A stretch of DNA of 64,000 bases from Trichoplax adhaerens. Taxonomy: Eukaryota > Animalia > Placozoa. Shown in pieces: positions 24,501 through 39,995 of the stretch. How positions within the stretch are numbered: the stretch's first letter is position 1; each line of letters begins with the position of its first letter. Below the pieces are notes generated by a model. The model was not told the origin of the DNA. It did no database searches and saw only the letters and a program-made list of their open reading frames with translations. Made by a program: the position numbers and the translations under genes. Location of the stretch: the NCBI RefSeq assembly GCF_000150275.1, contig NW_002060947.1, positions 6,463,648 through 6,527,647 on the forward strand, in the 5' to 3' direction.

Positions 24501-27500
24501 CTAAACCTTTCACCTTCGAACAAAGACAACATTAATTTATTAATAGTAGAAAACATTCTAAACGTTTGGATAGATTATAAAAAATACAATTTTTGATTAA
24601 ATTTGTGCAATTATAATATTCTCGCTTAAAATATATAAATCATTTCATACGTTGGTTCGAGATTTGATTCTGAAGTTGCATAATATAGAGGTCTGTAAGG
24701 CTAACGTATCTTACAGTATATCTTCAATCACATAAGCAAAACTATTGGGGTTGTTTATGAGCTTTCTTACGGATACCCATTAGGTGATATTGGTAGGTAT
24801 TGAATTGAAAATAGCAATAACAACATTGTACTTTCAAACCCCATTATTGGTTAAAACACCTGTACAGGAGATAAATGGTGCATGCGTATCGAAAAGCTAC
24901 TGAAAAACATCTTATTATCTCGATATTTGTTTTTGAATTACTTTGTTAGCTTTATTATCGGCTTCTTCGAAAAGATTATTTTCTTATTATTACTGGATAT
25001 TTATTTATTATTTAATAAAATGGATCAATAGCAATGACATTAGTCTGTGAAATCGTGATGAGATACAGATACGGTTAGCTAGCTTTTGGTCTAATAAGCC
25101 GATAATATGGATAGTAGACCTACTGTAAGGTTATATTCTCTTCCATGGACACAATTATATATAGTCTATCTACGTATAGTTAGTTGCTATGGTCTAGTCA
25201 TGTACACCTTTTGAAGCATTAAATTCATATTTTATGCACTCTGCCTATACAGTAAATTACTATAGTGCTAGAATAAATTATGGTACTGCAGGATTTGAAA
25301 ATGGGTCCTTAGAATTCCCAACGTGATATAAAAAGCAATTGAGAGACTTGAGAAAAGAATTATTTCACATAAGCCATCATTGATTTATACGAGGTGAAGT
25401 AGATAAAGTTCATCGAGTTACTGTCAACATTTGCCATGTTTATGATAATGGTCGTAATAGCTGCTCCTTTATCTGCCAGTTATGAATAAAATGATATTAT
25501 TAGGTAAGAGACAAGATTCCGACAGTAAATTATATATAGAGTGGAAAGAATTACTTAAAATAATCCGTACTATCTAAACAAAATATTATTCGAGGAATGC
25601 AATAGATATATTTTATGCGACTTCGTTATTTATTAATCAAATGACAATCTAATATAGAAAGCAGTTACTAATTAACAAAATTTAAGTAGCAATTTACAGC
25701 GCATTGTTAGAAAGCAATGCGTAACACTATCTTTCATTTTTTGTACAGTTTAAAAATTTATACCATAATTTCATAAAGCATTTTTCTAAATTCATTACCG
25801 TACTTAAGATGGGAATAATATTGTAATTATCATCTACAAAAAACAATAAAAAAGTCAACTCCAGAATAAATTGAAGGAACTGTAACTGCAACAAATTTCT
25901 TTACTAAATGTGTACTAGTGATGTATTTTTTTCTTATATACGAGTATAACATACAAAACTAACAGGTCATATCAGTAATAAAAATAAATAATAGCCTAAC
26001 AATTGATAATTTTATTAGAAAATGTTTTCAAAGTTAAATATTTGATTTTACGAGCAGTTTTATCCTGAGTACATGATAAAAAATTTAATAGAATTTAATC
26101 AGTCTTCCGTGCTTTTAAAGTTTTTTTGAAAACCGAAATTATGAGCAAAGGCTGGCTGTTAGCTGAGAGAGCGAAAAAATTGATCAGTGTATTACATCAT
26201 ATCTTCTGCGAGTTATACATGAAATGATTGCTAGTTTAGAATGGATTTCTACTGCATTGCATGCATAGAATAATATTTCAAGAATTCTGTGCCCCGCATA
26301 AGTAATCGTTTGAGGTTATAATCAATAGTACACGTATATGCTATTAATTGGTATAAAATCGTCGATAAGATGACATTATTAGCTCAAATCTGATGATTTT
26401 TCGAGAACAGTATAAATTATGCTTACTAGCATACTTTAAAGTAGCGGCAAGTAGCTAAGACATCCTTTGGGAGATCTTTATCAGCAATTTATTAAAGAAT
26501 TTGAGAGGTACCGTATTCACCAATTAAAATTTGCTTTATTTCTGTGAATGTCGGGTGCAATATTCATTGTCTCTATTTTAAGTATAGAATTTTTATTTTT
26601 AAAGGCAAATTTCATTCCAAATTAAATTAGTACAAAAAGGGTAAGCTACCGTATTTATTTCTATAATATTCAATATACCGAGACCTTTGCTAAATTTTTA
26701 TGTTCTAACGTAAATGATTTCTTAAAATTACGTTGTTGCTACCAGGATTTCATTTAAAAATATTATATAAACAATATGCTGACAATGTTCTTTCTATGAT
26801 CTTAAACAAATTTTATAGATGGTTACCGAGTCATTTTGTACAGGCTTATTTAAGATCACTGCTAGGATTCAAATTTTGATTTACCCACTTTATAAGATGA
26901 AGTATGGCCCCAAAACAGATCATGTTTGCAGGAGAGAATATCTATGGACCTAATTGTGGAAGATATATGATCATTACTTAGATAGATACATCGGTCTTTG
27001 GAAAAGAATCTACGGTACTTCATTTAATAGAGTCAAATCTGGCATAAAATGAAGGTCATTTCGTGCTATTTTAGAGATACTTAATTACGCAATATTAATA
27101 CAACAGTAATAAGGATTCAAAAATTACCTTGACTTATAAATGCAACTTTAATTACCTACTCAATTACCGTCATTGTTATTCCTCAATTTCATTTCATAAT
27201 TTGAAAGCTGGAGAATTTTCGTTTCCTTTCACATGATTAAAGGAATATATTTTTTTATTAGACAATAAGTCAAGACTATAATGATACTTAAAAATTTATT
27301 TGGAAGGTAGTCAAAGTGATGTCATTAGCAATAGCCATTACCGCAGGCCTACATTTTTTAAATAGTTCAAAATAGTGAAAATGGCTACTATTGTTTAGAA
27401 AACTGGCGACGTATATTGAAAATGAAAGAATGTTAGAATACAAAATCCTTTGTAGATGCACAGTAATTGGATGTAAGTCTGCGAAAAATATACTCTGTCA

Positions 27501-29430
27501 TAGCTGATAAAATCCGTCAATTATCCGGCAACTATTATGTTTTATTTTGGAAAATTTCTGTACTAATAGTGCATTTGACTACAATTTGACGGGAACAATT
27601 CTTTACTAATTCCTTTGAATTTCAGGTCCAATTTATATAATATCGATAGATTTGAATTAATTAATACATTAGCTATTTGGATGGGGAGAGTATAACTAAG
27701 AAAGTTATCAGAAATTTCATTGTAATTGCCTGACAGGCCTATTGTGCAATTAAACAATATTCTTGAATTACGTAGAATAATACTAAAAATGTTTAGAATT
27801 TAAAATTGAATTAGTCAATATAACAGTAGCATTTAAGCGCTAAAAAGAATTTCCTTCACTAATGATTCCTACTTCCGGTGATGGTCTGCGATATCAATCT
27901 TAACAGTGCCATGTTTTTCTATCACTCCTTAAGTTAGTGATTTGATGATTACTCTAACATAAATATTTTACTAGTCAGATTGATGTCATATCATCAAAAT
28001 TGCCAATTATGAAATACTCTAAATCGTGCTTTTATCGCTCTGATAGTATAGCTTCCTAGCGTTTATCAAGCAATATACTACAGGTTATAGGAAGCTGCTT
28101 TAACTAGATAATTGGCTCTAATACATGTAGTCATTAAAACTGGGTATTTATAGTTAATGAGATTTTAATCTACAAAAATTGCTTTAAGTAAACCCAAAAG
28201 TTGCATCAGTCAATGTCTAATCTGACTAATTCTTGAGCATTTTATTCATACTTAATTATCAACGATTCTTCGCTGTAAACTGTACAGTTACCTCCAATCT
28301 ACTTATCTTTTCAGCATTTTTGTATTTATTGATTTTTAATCATTTTCAAATAGAAATAATGGTAGCTCAGGTAATTGTAAGTTTAAATAACTATAATATC
28401 TTTTCGGTACCAGATTACTAGTAATTCTAAAATCTATGTAAAAGTTACAAACTTTGTCGACTTCTATTCTCTTTTAAGAAATAGCATAGCATCTTTTGTA
28501 GTTTCAATTACAGTTTTCGTTTGCTTACTTATTATAGCAACAGATTAATTCGTAAGGGCAATTTCTATTTTGATATATGGTAGGTCTTTCCATAATCACG
28601 ATTGTTCAAGCAATATAGTGATAATACTTCCAACTATATTTAATATAAATTTTCGATTAGTACCAATACTGGTTGCTTTTGAGTGTTTTCGAAAACTTAC
28701 TTACATGCTTTTGTATCCATAGTAAGATAGATGCTTGCTATCGTAGAGTATGGGCTATTCAATCTTTTTCTTGAAATAGTGTTATAGTGATTAAATGGCC
28801 TATAGAATAATTATTTCAATTAATTTACAGTTAATGCCACTACTCAGATTAGTAATTATGTCAAAAAATAAAAAATAATTGTGTAAGATGTTCTACAGAG
28901 AGTAAGATATAGTGTAGCATAATCGAACCTTTATTAATAATATCATAATAGTGAGAAATTATGATGATTTGCGATTCTGAACCTACAAAGGATATCGACA
29001 GGCTCTATTCAAATAAAATTACAATAGCTTAGTTAAGATTGATCTTCTCAACTAGTTGACTGTATAGCAGAATTACCATCAGCTATTATCGCTTGGTTTT
29101 ACCTACTATCATATCTTAATTTGTGAAAAAATCAATATCGATTACCTCTTACTTTCGATAGATATCATAATTTGGTATTAGTTGATGACACCATCATTTC
29201 CGACATTAAGTTTTATAAATGACAGCATAGCCTTAAAAAATTATCTATGTGGTGATAATTAATGTCAATGTAGATTTACTAAATATTCTTTGATTTTGCG
29301 ATAAAGCTTGAGGCTAGTTTTGCCTACGAGAAACTGTTAACTTTTTATAATCTCCTGATAATAGAAGGTCGTCAGTATTTAGAGCCATTCTGTACATAAA
29401 TGCCGGAGAATAGGTTGGATAGTTAGCCCG

Positions 29431-30061
29431 TGTGACAGTGTTATGTACTGTATTAGAGTAGAAATATCTATGTTAGGATAATTCTGTTAGCCTATCCTTA
29501 TTTAGTTAACTTCTAATTTGGATATACTGTTTTTGAATATAGCACTGACTTTTTATGACAGAGACACTTATACACATACTGAAATTAATAGTTATAATAG
29601 GGAATGCAAATCATCTACTTACAGTTCGAATCATTGTGATTGTAATTTACTTATGGTAGATCGTAAATTATCACGGAAATGCTCCGTGATAGGACATATC
29701 GTAATCTGGCTATTCTGTATTAGTCAATACATGTCTATATTCGTAAATACTGTTGTCTGCATTAAGGGAGCAGTAGCTAAAATTAATACCTAATTCAGTA
29801 AATGATTCCAATGTTAATCGTATTAACTATAACTCATGAACCATTGTGGAATAGTATATAAATGCAGTATATCGTGTAATAAAGTGGATTCTCAAACTTG
29901 GTGTTTAACGTAAAATACGAGGCGTTTAAGTCTTTGTGTAGTCTGCTAGTAGAGCAAAAGTGTTTGTGATAGTGCAGGTATCGTTCCTTGATACGTGGTT
30001 CAAGGAATTGACTTATTGATCGTATATTACGTTATCTTGTTGCAAAGCTGTTTTTGTGACA
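29431..30061 (+). mobile_element. Solo LTR, family A copy 1 (631 bp)
   Basis: TGT...ACA termini; perfect 5-bp TSD GCCCG (29426-29430 / 30062-30066); internal TATATAAA followed by AATAAA; near-identical to 49318-49947. Confidence 0.85.
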
Positions 30062-30240
30062 GCCCGTAATAAATAATTTATGAATATTAGTTAAGTAGAC
30101 TTGTAATAATTAATTTACGAGTAGCAGTTAAATAGGCCCGTAATAATTAATTTATCAGTAGCATTTAAGTAGACTCGTAATAATTTAAGAGTAGTAATTA
30201 AGTGGGGTTGTAATAATCAATTTACTAGCAACAGTTAAGT
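30062..30240 (+). repeat. Minisatellite, ~37-bp unit, about 5 copies
   Basis: Repeating (C/T)GTAATAATTAATTTA..AGTAGCAGTTAAGTAG-like unit directly abutting the LTR. Confidence 0.7.
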
Positions 30241-31736
30241 TTTCTCACGGCACATTTCGATTCGTGATATCCTTATGAATATTATTATGGTAAAGATTAG
30301 TTTATCTAGACAGAGACATGTGATGTCATAATTATCTATCACCGTGTGATAAAGTGCTTTCTCAAAGTATAAGAATTAATTATTTCTTGTAAACTTCATT
30401 TTAATATATAAGATTAGCTTCGTCTCGCAATTACCAATGATTATCTAACTTCAATTAGACTATCTCTGGATTATCTAAATTATCAAACCAATGTTCTCGA
30501 TTTATTATATACAGTTCATCTCACGATGATTTTCCTTCAAATACAATCTTGGATTGTAGCCCAAGCTATATTTTGAGCAGCACTACATACTTATATGGAT
30601 GTAATGTGAGATTACACTGATTTTTCAAGCTAAATTTTCATAGCTTTTGTAATTGTTGAAGTCGAAATTATTATCTGAAATGAAAGTTTAAATGGCAGTT
30701 TTACTGGGTGATGATATAATTTACGGGTAGCTAAAAATAACCGAAGTAGAATTATATTATAATGTAACGTTTCTTAAAGCCTACATTTATCAATTCTATT
30801 ATCTAGCGGCAAAATATCGATGAATCTAATATTTACAATCTCTTCGGTTTACTAATATTTCTCGCCGTATATACAAAGATATGGTAAAATATTTTTCTAG
30901 TGTAAGAAATTTGATCATGACCGAACTATAATACATAATTGACTGATTCATCTATCTAATTTCCGATAATTTTGTCTTTTTTAAACTATAGACAAACTGA
31001 CTAGCTTCAGATGAGAATTGACTCTAAAGCATACTAATTTACGTCAAATTGGAGGAAAGTGGTCATAAATAATGGCGAATTAGAAAAGAAATCAACTTAT
31101 TATGTGCTAAAGGTATAAACATCATTGCTAAAAATACTGAACTTCTTTGGGTCACATCACGTATACCAGTGCATTAAAAAAAATTCGTGACCAGTCTACA
31201 CAGATTCGTGATTTAGTATATGGAGTTTATTATAAAGCAATAAATAAAAGAATTTTAATGTCAACAGTTTTAACCATAAGATGAAATCAACCGTAAATTG
31301 TAATTAATTGCAAGTCTAGGTTATTTACTGTTTTCCAAGCTAATTGATCGTTAGTTATAAAATTTTAAGCGATCTATACAATAGATTACAATCAACTGGT
31401 TTCTTACTCCAACCATAGTAGTGCCTGCTGTCAAATAAAGTTCAGGTATACAAATGCAGTTCCATTTTTATCTTCTCTACGCTATAAATGATACATTAAA
31501 TTGATGTATTAAATTTGAAGAGTGAAAGGCATTCTAATAAAGTATCATTGATATCGGAAAAATAAAAGTAAAACCGCTGCAAGTAGACAAAGCTGACTGG
31601 CATTGTCTGATGAATCTTAAACAATAACTCAGTAAAAGGGATAGATCTAAATTCGAGCATCAGCCAAATAATATTAGTACAGTGATCTGCCTGAGATGGT
31701 TATTTATTTAGCGAGGAATAACATAGCAAAGATATG

Positions 31737-32690
31737 TTATTTACGATAGAAGAATCTTCGAAATAGCACTTTAGTGCCATGTCGTAATCCAGAACTTTGA
31801 ATATAATGAATAAACGGATTAGCTCCAGCATAGCTAAAAGCAATAAATTGTGTTGGCTGGATAATAATTGTTTGATCAATTTTGATAACATCAAAAAGAA
31901 ATAGTAAGAACGTCAGGACGAATGGCAGCCAAAACGCAGCAAACACCATGACTATAATGATAGTCTGTTTTGCCGCCCGCACATGATAGCTGCGTTCGTA
32001 TGATGATCCACTTGCACGTTGGCGATGGCGTTCCATATTAATATCGTTAACTTTCAATATTTTCCAAATTGTAGCGTAAAAAACACTAATAACAATTAAT
32101 GGAATAAAAAATAACATAGCAAAAACGATGACTAAGTACAAAATGTCGCTATCTTTACGACCAAATGTAACGCAAGTGTCAATCTTATAGGGCATAAAAG
32201 TAACTAGTGGCATAAATCCGACCAATATAGAGATAATCCAGATAACTGGTACTGAAATATAGGCAACTGTTGGTGAAGAAACTGCTTTAAAACGAAGAGG
32301 ATATTTAACTCCGAGAAATCGGATCATTGCTATAGCACATATATGCAAATTTAAGTTAACAATAAATAGGATACCAATTAATTGTGTTATAGAACATATG
32401 AATACAACTTCTCGCCAATATGGGTTTGCCCATCGTGGTGCTAAGTAAAGCAATGAGTACAATATACCACTAACAAACATGCTGCCCATTAAGACGTAGC
32501 AGCCATTTCGTAAATGCTTAGTCCTCATAATTGTTGCTAACATGATTACATTGCCTATAAAAGTAACGACGGCAATAATTGGCCATATAATGAGATAAGC
32601 TAATGGTGTAGAAGTTAAAGTTCCATTCGCTCGTGACGGCAATGTAATCGCTGAAGTCGTTATACTTAAAAATGATCTTGTTACTTCCAT
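31737..32690 (-). CDS. Single-exon class A GPCR, ~317 aa
   Basis: 7TM pattern; TM1 GN, TM3 C...NLHICAIAMIRF, TM6 FWLPF, TM7 ANPFIH. First ATG at 32690 (the ORF track starts at an upstream TTG). Confidence 0.9.
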   Translation of the reverse strand: MEVTRSFLSITTSAITLPSRANGTLTSTPLAYLIIWPIIAVVTFIGNVIMLATIMRTKHLRNGCYVLMGSMFVSGILYSLLYLAPRWANPYWREVVFICSITQLIGILFIVNLNLHICAIAMIRFLGVKYPLRFKAVSSPTVAYISVPVIWIISILVGFMPLVTFMPYKIDTCVTFGRKDSDILYLVIVFAMLFFIPLIVISVFYATIWKILKVNDINMERHRQRASGSSYERSYHVRAAKQTIIIVMVFAAFWLPFVLTFLLFLFDVIKIDQTIIIQPTQFIAFSYAGANPFIHYIQSSGLRHGTKVLFRRFFYRK

Positions 32691-35600
32691 CAAGATATAA
32701 TCCAATTAAACAGCGATAAGATTGATAAAATTGTAATCGTAGAATTGTTTAGAGAAATCTTTACCCTATAATAAAGCGCTAAGATATCGAATATAGTTGA
32801 GATAGGAAATTGAGGTATTATAACTTCATTAAATTCCCAAAATTCAGAGGATAGATCCAGGTGCCAATTTAGATTTCAGTTTTTATTGCCTTGATTTCAG
32901 TGCCAAATTAGTGATCGGTATTAAAACTATGGAAAAGATAGAGCAACATAATAGCTGTTGTAGTTTAGGCTAAAACTCTTCATAAATGATCGCAATTAAG
33001 ATGTTATTTTAATTTGTTAGCAAATGGTGGCTATCACTAGCAGAAAAGGAAAAAAAGAATCAAATATTAGGGTAACCTATGATTGATATAACGTAGAGTA
33101 GTAATATTTACTTTTTAGAGATAAAAAATTAAAAATCACCCTTGGTAGATTAACACTAGACGTTAAAATCAATTCTGCTGAAATGACAGTACGAGATTTT
33201 CTCCTTTAATTATCAAGAATGAAGGATTATGAAGTTGCATAGGCTTATTACATCGGTGACAATGTCAATGAACTCTTATTCTTTCCGATTATAATAGAAA
33301 AAAATGAAAAGAAATAGGATAACCAATTGAAAATTAGAGAAAAATAATCTAAATTTAGTTAATCTATTCTACTTTAAGCAGTTTATAGCAATTAATTAAT
33401 TATTTAATGCTTACTGATTGTGTCAACAGAATGATCAACTATTCATCAGGCGATATCTTCAGTAGGCAATAAGAGATGATAATTTTGCACTATTTTCCAT
33501 TTATTCTTTGAGAATCAATAAGTATTGTTAGCCATTAAAGATGTTAAGGATATCAAATCCATTGAAGAAGGACAAGGCTGTTCAACCAACACAATCAATA
33601 CTAATAAACAAAAATTACAAGTCAGTTTTTTCCCTTTGTAGGAATTTAGCACCAGAGTAATACTATAGGAATAGGTTCATTAAAATACCTTGCAAATAGT
33701 TGATACGACCTAAAATATTCATCTTCTCTATTTTGTAATTGACGTGAAAAGACATATACTGTTTAGAAAATAATAAATTAAGAGCAGTAGGGTGCATAAA
33801 ATATCAATAAACAACCTTTGATTTGCATTTTATAGTAGTCCTATATAGAAATAAAGATGATCTTTGTGACATCATATGATGACGTCTCAAAGTCTATATT
33901 TTATTCAAAATTGTGGCAATATAATAATTTTGCCCAGGACCAAGGTTCCCCGTATGTTTTGGTCAGAGTTTTTGTTCTAATTTTTCAAGATTATTTCATA
34001 CTATCCAATACCACGAACATACTCATACTAATAACGATAAAAGGAACGTAAGACTATCATGGAAAATATTTGCAAAGTTAAATTAATTTACCGTTGTGTA
34101 CCTTTCACAAAATTATTTTCTATTTGATATCAATTTAAATTAAATATCATTATAAATTATATCATGATTGATGAAGTTAATATAAGCAATAGTAATGGTC
34201 AAATTGAATTGATCGTAATTTTAATCGTCATGATGCAATAGCATCAATTGGTATAGTCTTCCTTTATTTTATTCGGTAGTTTAGGTCACACCATCAATAT
34301 TAAGACAATTTTACGATTAAATTACCATATAGGTGATATTGACTACCTCATTAGAATAAGTGAAGTTCTATACGGTTGTAGATGGACATTTAGGATATAT
34401 TTTTGGTACATGATGTAAGCTAAATGAGAGCGATTGTAATACTACTTTGAAAGAGATTGAAATAACTCAAAAATATTGATTTGTTGCTATCAATGATCGA
34501 CGTCAAAAACGTAGCCATCTGTAAATTTTCTCAAACTTATTTACGAAATTGACTGCAATAATTCTGGTAAGAATAAAAATTATCCTTAGCAAGGATAGGA
34601 CTGCAAAATATGCGTATTTCCATTTATGATCTACATTATACTCATTTCCATTTGTTTACAGATGCTACGCAACGGTTATGAATGATATTCTTTATTGATT
34701 CCGATTTCGTTGTTCACAACCCTGCAGGTGTTGTACCGCTATTCTAAGCATTGTTTCTCTAATTTTGTATAATGATTGGCAAAGAGTTATTCTACTGATT
34801 TACTGTTATCAAGACTTGGCTGCTACTTTTTTACAAACCAAAGGGATGAGCTTTCTTCGTAAATCATGCATTTATACGTAAAAACCAAGTCGATCTTCTC
34901 AATTGGATTGGATTGAAATAGTTTAAATGTTTTTCAAAGTCATTTAACACCGAATCTACAAAGACTTTCCGCTACGTCCTTTGATGGTACTATCAACTCA
35001 TTATGTAAATTTGGTCGTTTCCTATTTTATTCACTAGTACATCAGTTCATTTAGAACTCTTTATGCATGAACTGGTAGCATGTTTGACGTCAGATAGAAA
35101 ATAATTGACATATGCATAAGTTGGAATGTTTCCATACAACAACGGTTTGTAAACTGAATCATTTACTGCAGATTATACAATTGTCCATGATTATTCATAA
35201 TAGAATTAACTTCATTTATTCACTTTTCTAATAGTATAGCGGCAATGTGGGTTAATATCGAGTTGGCTTAGTACATGAATGGTAAAATTCGTTGCGTTAA
35301 TAAAAGCTTGCAGATATCAAAGAAATATCACTTCTAGGAGAGTGAAATGGAACGGTAATTATCTTTTATTTACACTTGTGAAATCATTTTCTATTCCCGC
35401 AAATTGCTAAAATTGATGGAATTACTTAATTTTCAGCAGTAATAAGTAAATGGCATCAGATATATTCTTCAAGATTATGACGATTATAAACAAATAATAT
35501 GTATTGATTATATCGCTATTTGATTCCTTAGTAGTCATAATTAATGTATATGTATGATAAAATTGGAAGAAAGGAATTCATATTGGCATTTTATAGTCTA

Positions 35601-38600
35601 AATATCATGCACAATACTCTATAACAATTGCTATAGCCATGATTTTACTTTAGAGGTGTATAGGTAAATGGCTTACAATTATATTTTACGTTACAGTCAA
35701 ACTGCTCATTCCAATTGATTAGGCAATAATTTTAAGTAAATCTATTCAGTATACGTTCACGTTTTCCATTCCTCATGACAACTTAAAATGGTGTGATCAA
35801 GGTAAGTATAACATTTATCTTGGAAATTTATGTTTCTATTCCACATTTATGGATTTGTACTTGCCTACTATTAGAGATCTGCCCTAACAACGGATGCGAT
35901 TAAAAGATTTCTTGTTGTAAATATTAAATGATTCAAACTAAAAATATTTTATTTTATAATCTATAGGAATTAGCATATACTACAGTAATAATTTTTTTAC
36001 TTTCAATTTTCACTTTTAACCATGATCTTTATTTATCTATAACCATAATATTTACTGACAACCGTATGCCATTCAGATCGGAAGTTGAATTATTATTTGT
36101 TAAATAGACGTGAATTGTTAATCGATATTGGAGTACTTTTACTTTTGTCAATAATAAGCTATTACACGATATGAAATGGATTGAATACAAGGTTGTGCAC
36201 TAATGAATAAATGATGATCAATAAAATTGGTTACTCAGACATGAATGACATTAACCTCGACTCACTAATACAGGAAAAACGAGACTCTAAGGTATTGATC
36301 TATAGATTGATGTGAATTAGTATTTTTGTTTTCAGGTTCTGATGTGTACGCATGACCCTGTATTTGTGCTAGCGACACTAATCAAATTCTTCCGGTATTT
36401 ATTGAGGGTAAATTGATACGGATAAACAGTAACACTAGAAAATGGTATACCACAACATTTTATTAGTAAGAAAATAAAGCGCTAAACTAAAACTCTTCGT
36501 CAAATAATATTCACATCGAATTAATCGAATTTTTTAAATAAGGTAGTATTATTAATCTTGCACTCTCTATTAAAGCTCAATTACTGAACATGTACATCAT
36601 AAATATGAGCTATAATGGATACTCTGGATTGAATATTTGCTAAAAGGTATTACCAATAGGCAATTGTATAGATGAATCATGCGAATTTTGCATTGATGAC
36701 ATGGCATCCTTATTCATTGAATTTCATTCTGTATTGTATCTGATATTACCAATATGACTGACTTCTAAAGCATAATACAACAATCATTTCATCTCTAAAA
36801 CTCATTAGACTATTTTATTTTAATTACTATGTCAACGTAAACCTTGCTTTTAAACTGCTAAGGCTATATTATCTAGTAAAATTTCTATTTCATAAATTGA
36901 AGTAATTTTTTCTACACCATTTAGATTGAAGTCGCTGGCGGTGAATCTAACTTAGTATTTACCACAAAATAGTGCATATAGGTCCAATTTTTCAATGCCA
37001 TTTCTTATTAGTTGCCGGTCACAGCAGAAGTAATTACTACTTACTGTCAAAAATAATATTAGGCAATATATCACGTAATTTTACGATGCTGTTATTGATA
37101 ATTAGTTAAATGTCATCACTCTTCTATAACTATTTGCTATCTGCTACGTACCAGTATCTTAAATTTTACTAAACTAAATACCCATCAGTTGATTATATTT
37201 AAGCTTGCATTTACTGCTAGCAACACGTACCTTTATGGATTTAATGAAAATAACCAAAACACTGTAATTAACTTAGTATTTTACACTTTAGCACATGGTA
37301 GAGCATTCATATCATAATTAATATACAATTTAGTCACTCGAGTTTATACAAATATGCCAGTATAAATATAACAATATACAACATATATAAGAACGTAATT
37401 ATAAGATTATGATGATTTAAAATATTTACGAATAAATCAGCATATCATAAATTCATGATAGTTGCTGTCTTTATGGGCTACCACGAAATAACTTGATGAT
37501 GGTAGTATACTGCACAATCAAGAAGGTGATTTTTTCGTTAGAACTAAAGCCACTTGCTGGCGTTAAGGTCAGATTGAACGTGTAGATAACTGTAAAAACT
37601 AAACTAAACCTGTTTATAATTCTGTACTACCCAGGATCTTGTCACGGTGTTTGATCATCGTGAAGTATAAATACAGTACATTGCACTGATAATTCTACAA
37701 TAAATAATTAAACTAGTCATTAGGGTTATAGACCAACTTATGCTCTTGTCACAGTACACGATCCGCAACAAGCAATAATATTACATATCTAAGCTGTTAG
37801 TGAATCTAGAATTGTAAACTAATTCATTTTCGAGTAAGTGCGAGTGAATGAGTTAGACAGATACCTAATGTAAATGAGAGCTCAAAGATCAGATCTTGAT
37901 CAACAGCTTATAGTTATACTGAAGCTTCGCCATTGCTTCTATATTTTTCTCACCGATTGGTTAGAGTCTTTTTTATAGTATGTGTAGCATTGTTTTTACT
38001 AGATTGCGCAAATTTTAATTCAATAATAACAAGTTTTATCTGCTATATATACTGTACATATTTGCATAGATAATGGTATTCGCTTACTATGTCATCTATC
38101 TGAAGCAATGAATGTTTGTGTGATAAATAATAAAATGCTTTACGTCTAAATAAAATTTAAATTTCGTAGTTTAGTTTGAGCAGAAATAGAGACTAATTTT
38201 GGCCTCTTGGCGATGGAAGATCATAAAGAATTTGAATGCAATAGTATAGTAGACAAGAATCAGAGAAAATAGCACCATGCTGTAAGTAAGCTGTTTCCAT
38301 CGTCCAAGCTATAGTTTGCTACATATAATAAAAATAAATATTCTGTTAAGAGGGTCATAATTAAATTTTTCAACATAATTTGCTACATAGTAAAGCTATG
38401 CCATAAAATTATTAAACCTTAAATTATCTGTAATAATTTTTGAGAACGCAATCATTATAAAGATACTTATACAATTGTTTTCTTCCTAATGAATATTAGA
38501 ATTCCGTTATAATATTATACTAGTTTGTTAATGTGCTTAATTAGTCCAGATTATAACATATTAAATGTCCATAAGAACAAAAATTCAAGAATTTAATTTG

Positions 38601-39995
38601 TTTGAGATGTGATCATCACTGAAGTTCTAATTTGAATGTTCATTATAAGGGAAATGGTATAAAAATATCAACAGTTACCGCTTTGTTTGAATGCTTAGAT
38701 TAGATTCCACTAGCATTTACGCAGTTGAAATTTAAATTCACACGTCAACATTTGCAAGGCTCCTATCATAAAATTTTGATCACTCGTGCGAAAATGGATA
38801 GAGTGTAGATTTAAAAGATCGCTCCAAGATTAAGTTTACTGTGTTGATGAATTGCAGCTTTTACAGTTATGTACAATAATGAATTCTATAGTATGATATG
38901 AATCTTTACGATAAGACTTCCTAGTCTTAACTGTACGTAGATTATGGATTTATAATAAATAGTATTTGCTCATCTAAGAGTCATCCCGAGGCATGGATTT
39001 GTAGTTATTAGCTAGCGCGAAAGGAATGCGATCTCAAGAAGTTATGCCATAGGCTTCCGTTGGGTTTTCTCGATAATACCATTAGCAAATAACAGTTTTG
39101 CATTACCCCTACATTAATATTCATAGCTAAAAATAAATTCTTATCACTGTATGACATTATGTTTTTATTGCTTAATAATTTAAATAATTAATTACAATAT
39201 TTCTATTAAAAAAAAATTTTTTGAAGTCACTGTATTCACAATGCAGAGACCGACTGAAACATATTATTCAGCTAAAATTAATAAACACCAGCAAAATTAC
39301 TTTAATCGTTTAACCAATAGCGCAACATCTGCTATGTGCAATGCTGTGTAAGTACAGTAATAGACGCTACTACATGTTCCATTTACCATGCAAAATATGA
39401 TATAGGAATTAATCACTTTCTCAATAAGATCGAATTTGATTTAGTAAGATCATATAAAGTAATAAAATAAAAAATAAGGGTAATCGTAAATCACTGCATA
39501 CAAGCAAAAGGCGGTTCATTTTTCACTTGATAACGTATGATTATTCTCAATTTTAATGGTTACCATAGTTATTGCTAAATAAATTCAGCTATAGGAGGAT
39601 ATCAAGCATGATTTATATCTATTTTTTCCCGCATATTTAATGATTGTACTAAGGAAAAAGAATCGATTGCGACTTAATATCTAAATCCTAAGACTCGCAT
39701 TTAAGTTATCAGGCAGATAAAATAACGTTAAATTAAAGAACATTGAAATGACGGCCATGATTGAAAATTATTTAATAAACAGGCCAAAAATTGATTGATT
39801 TATTGGACATAATGTCACGTACTGACTTACAATAGCATCAAAAGTCTTTATTGCAAACCTATCATAAAACTTGCACATTTAGCATATTTATCTATCCGCA
39901 TAGTCTAGCTATTAACTTAACAAAAACGATTACAATCATCAAGCTTAACAACAAGATTATTGGGATCTGAAATTGATAATTACTACCGCCATTCT

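Noticed and set aside
29518-29793. 91-aa ORF, with a counterpart at 49405-49596
   Set aside because: It lies inside the solo LTR, starts at TTG, and is truncated by a stop in the second copy.
37639-37765. Two TGTCAC motifs resembling family B LTR ends
   Set aside because: No matching second terminus, TSD or further similarity was found by eye.
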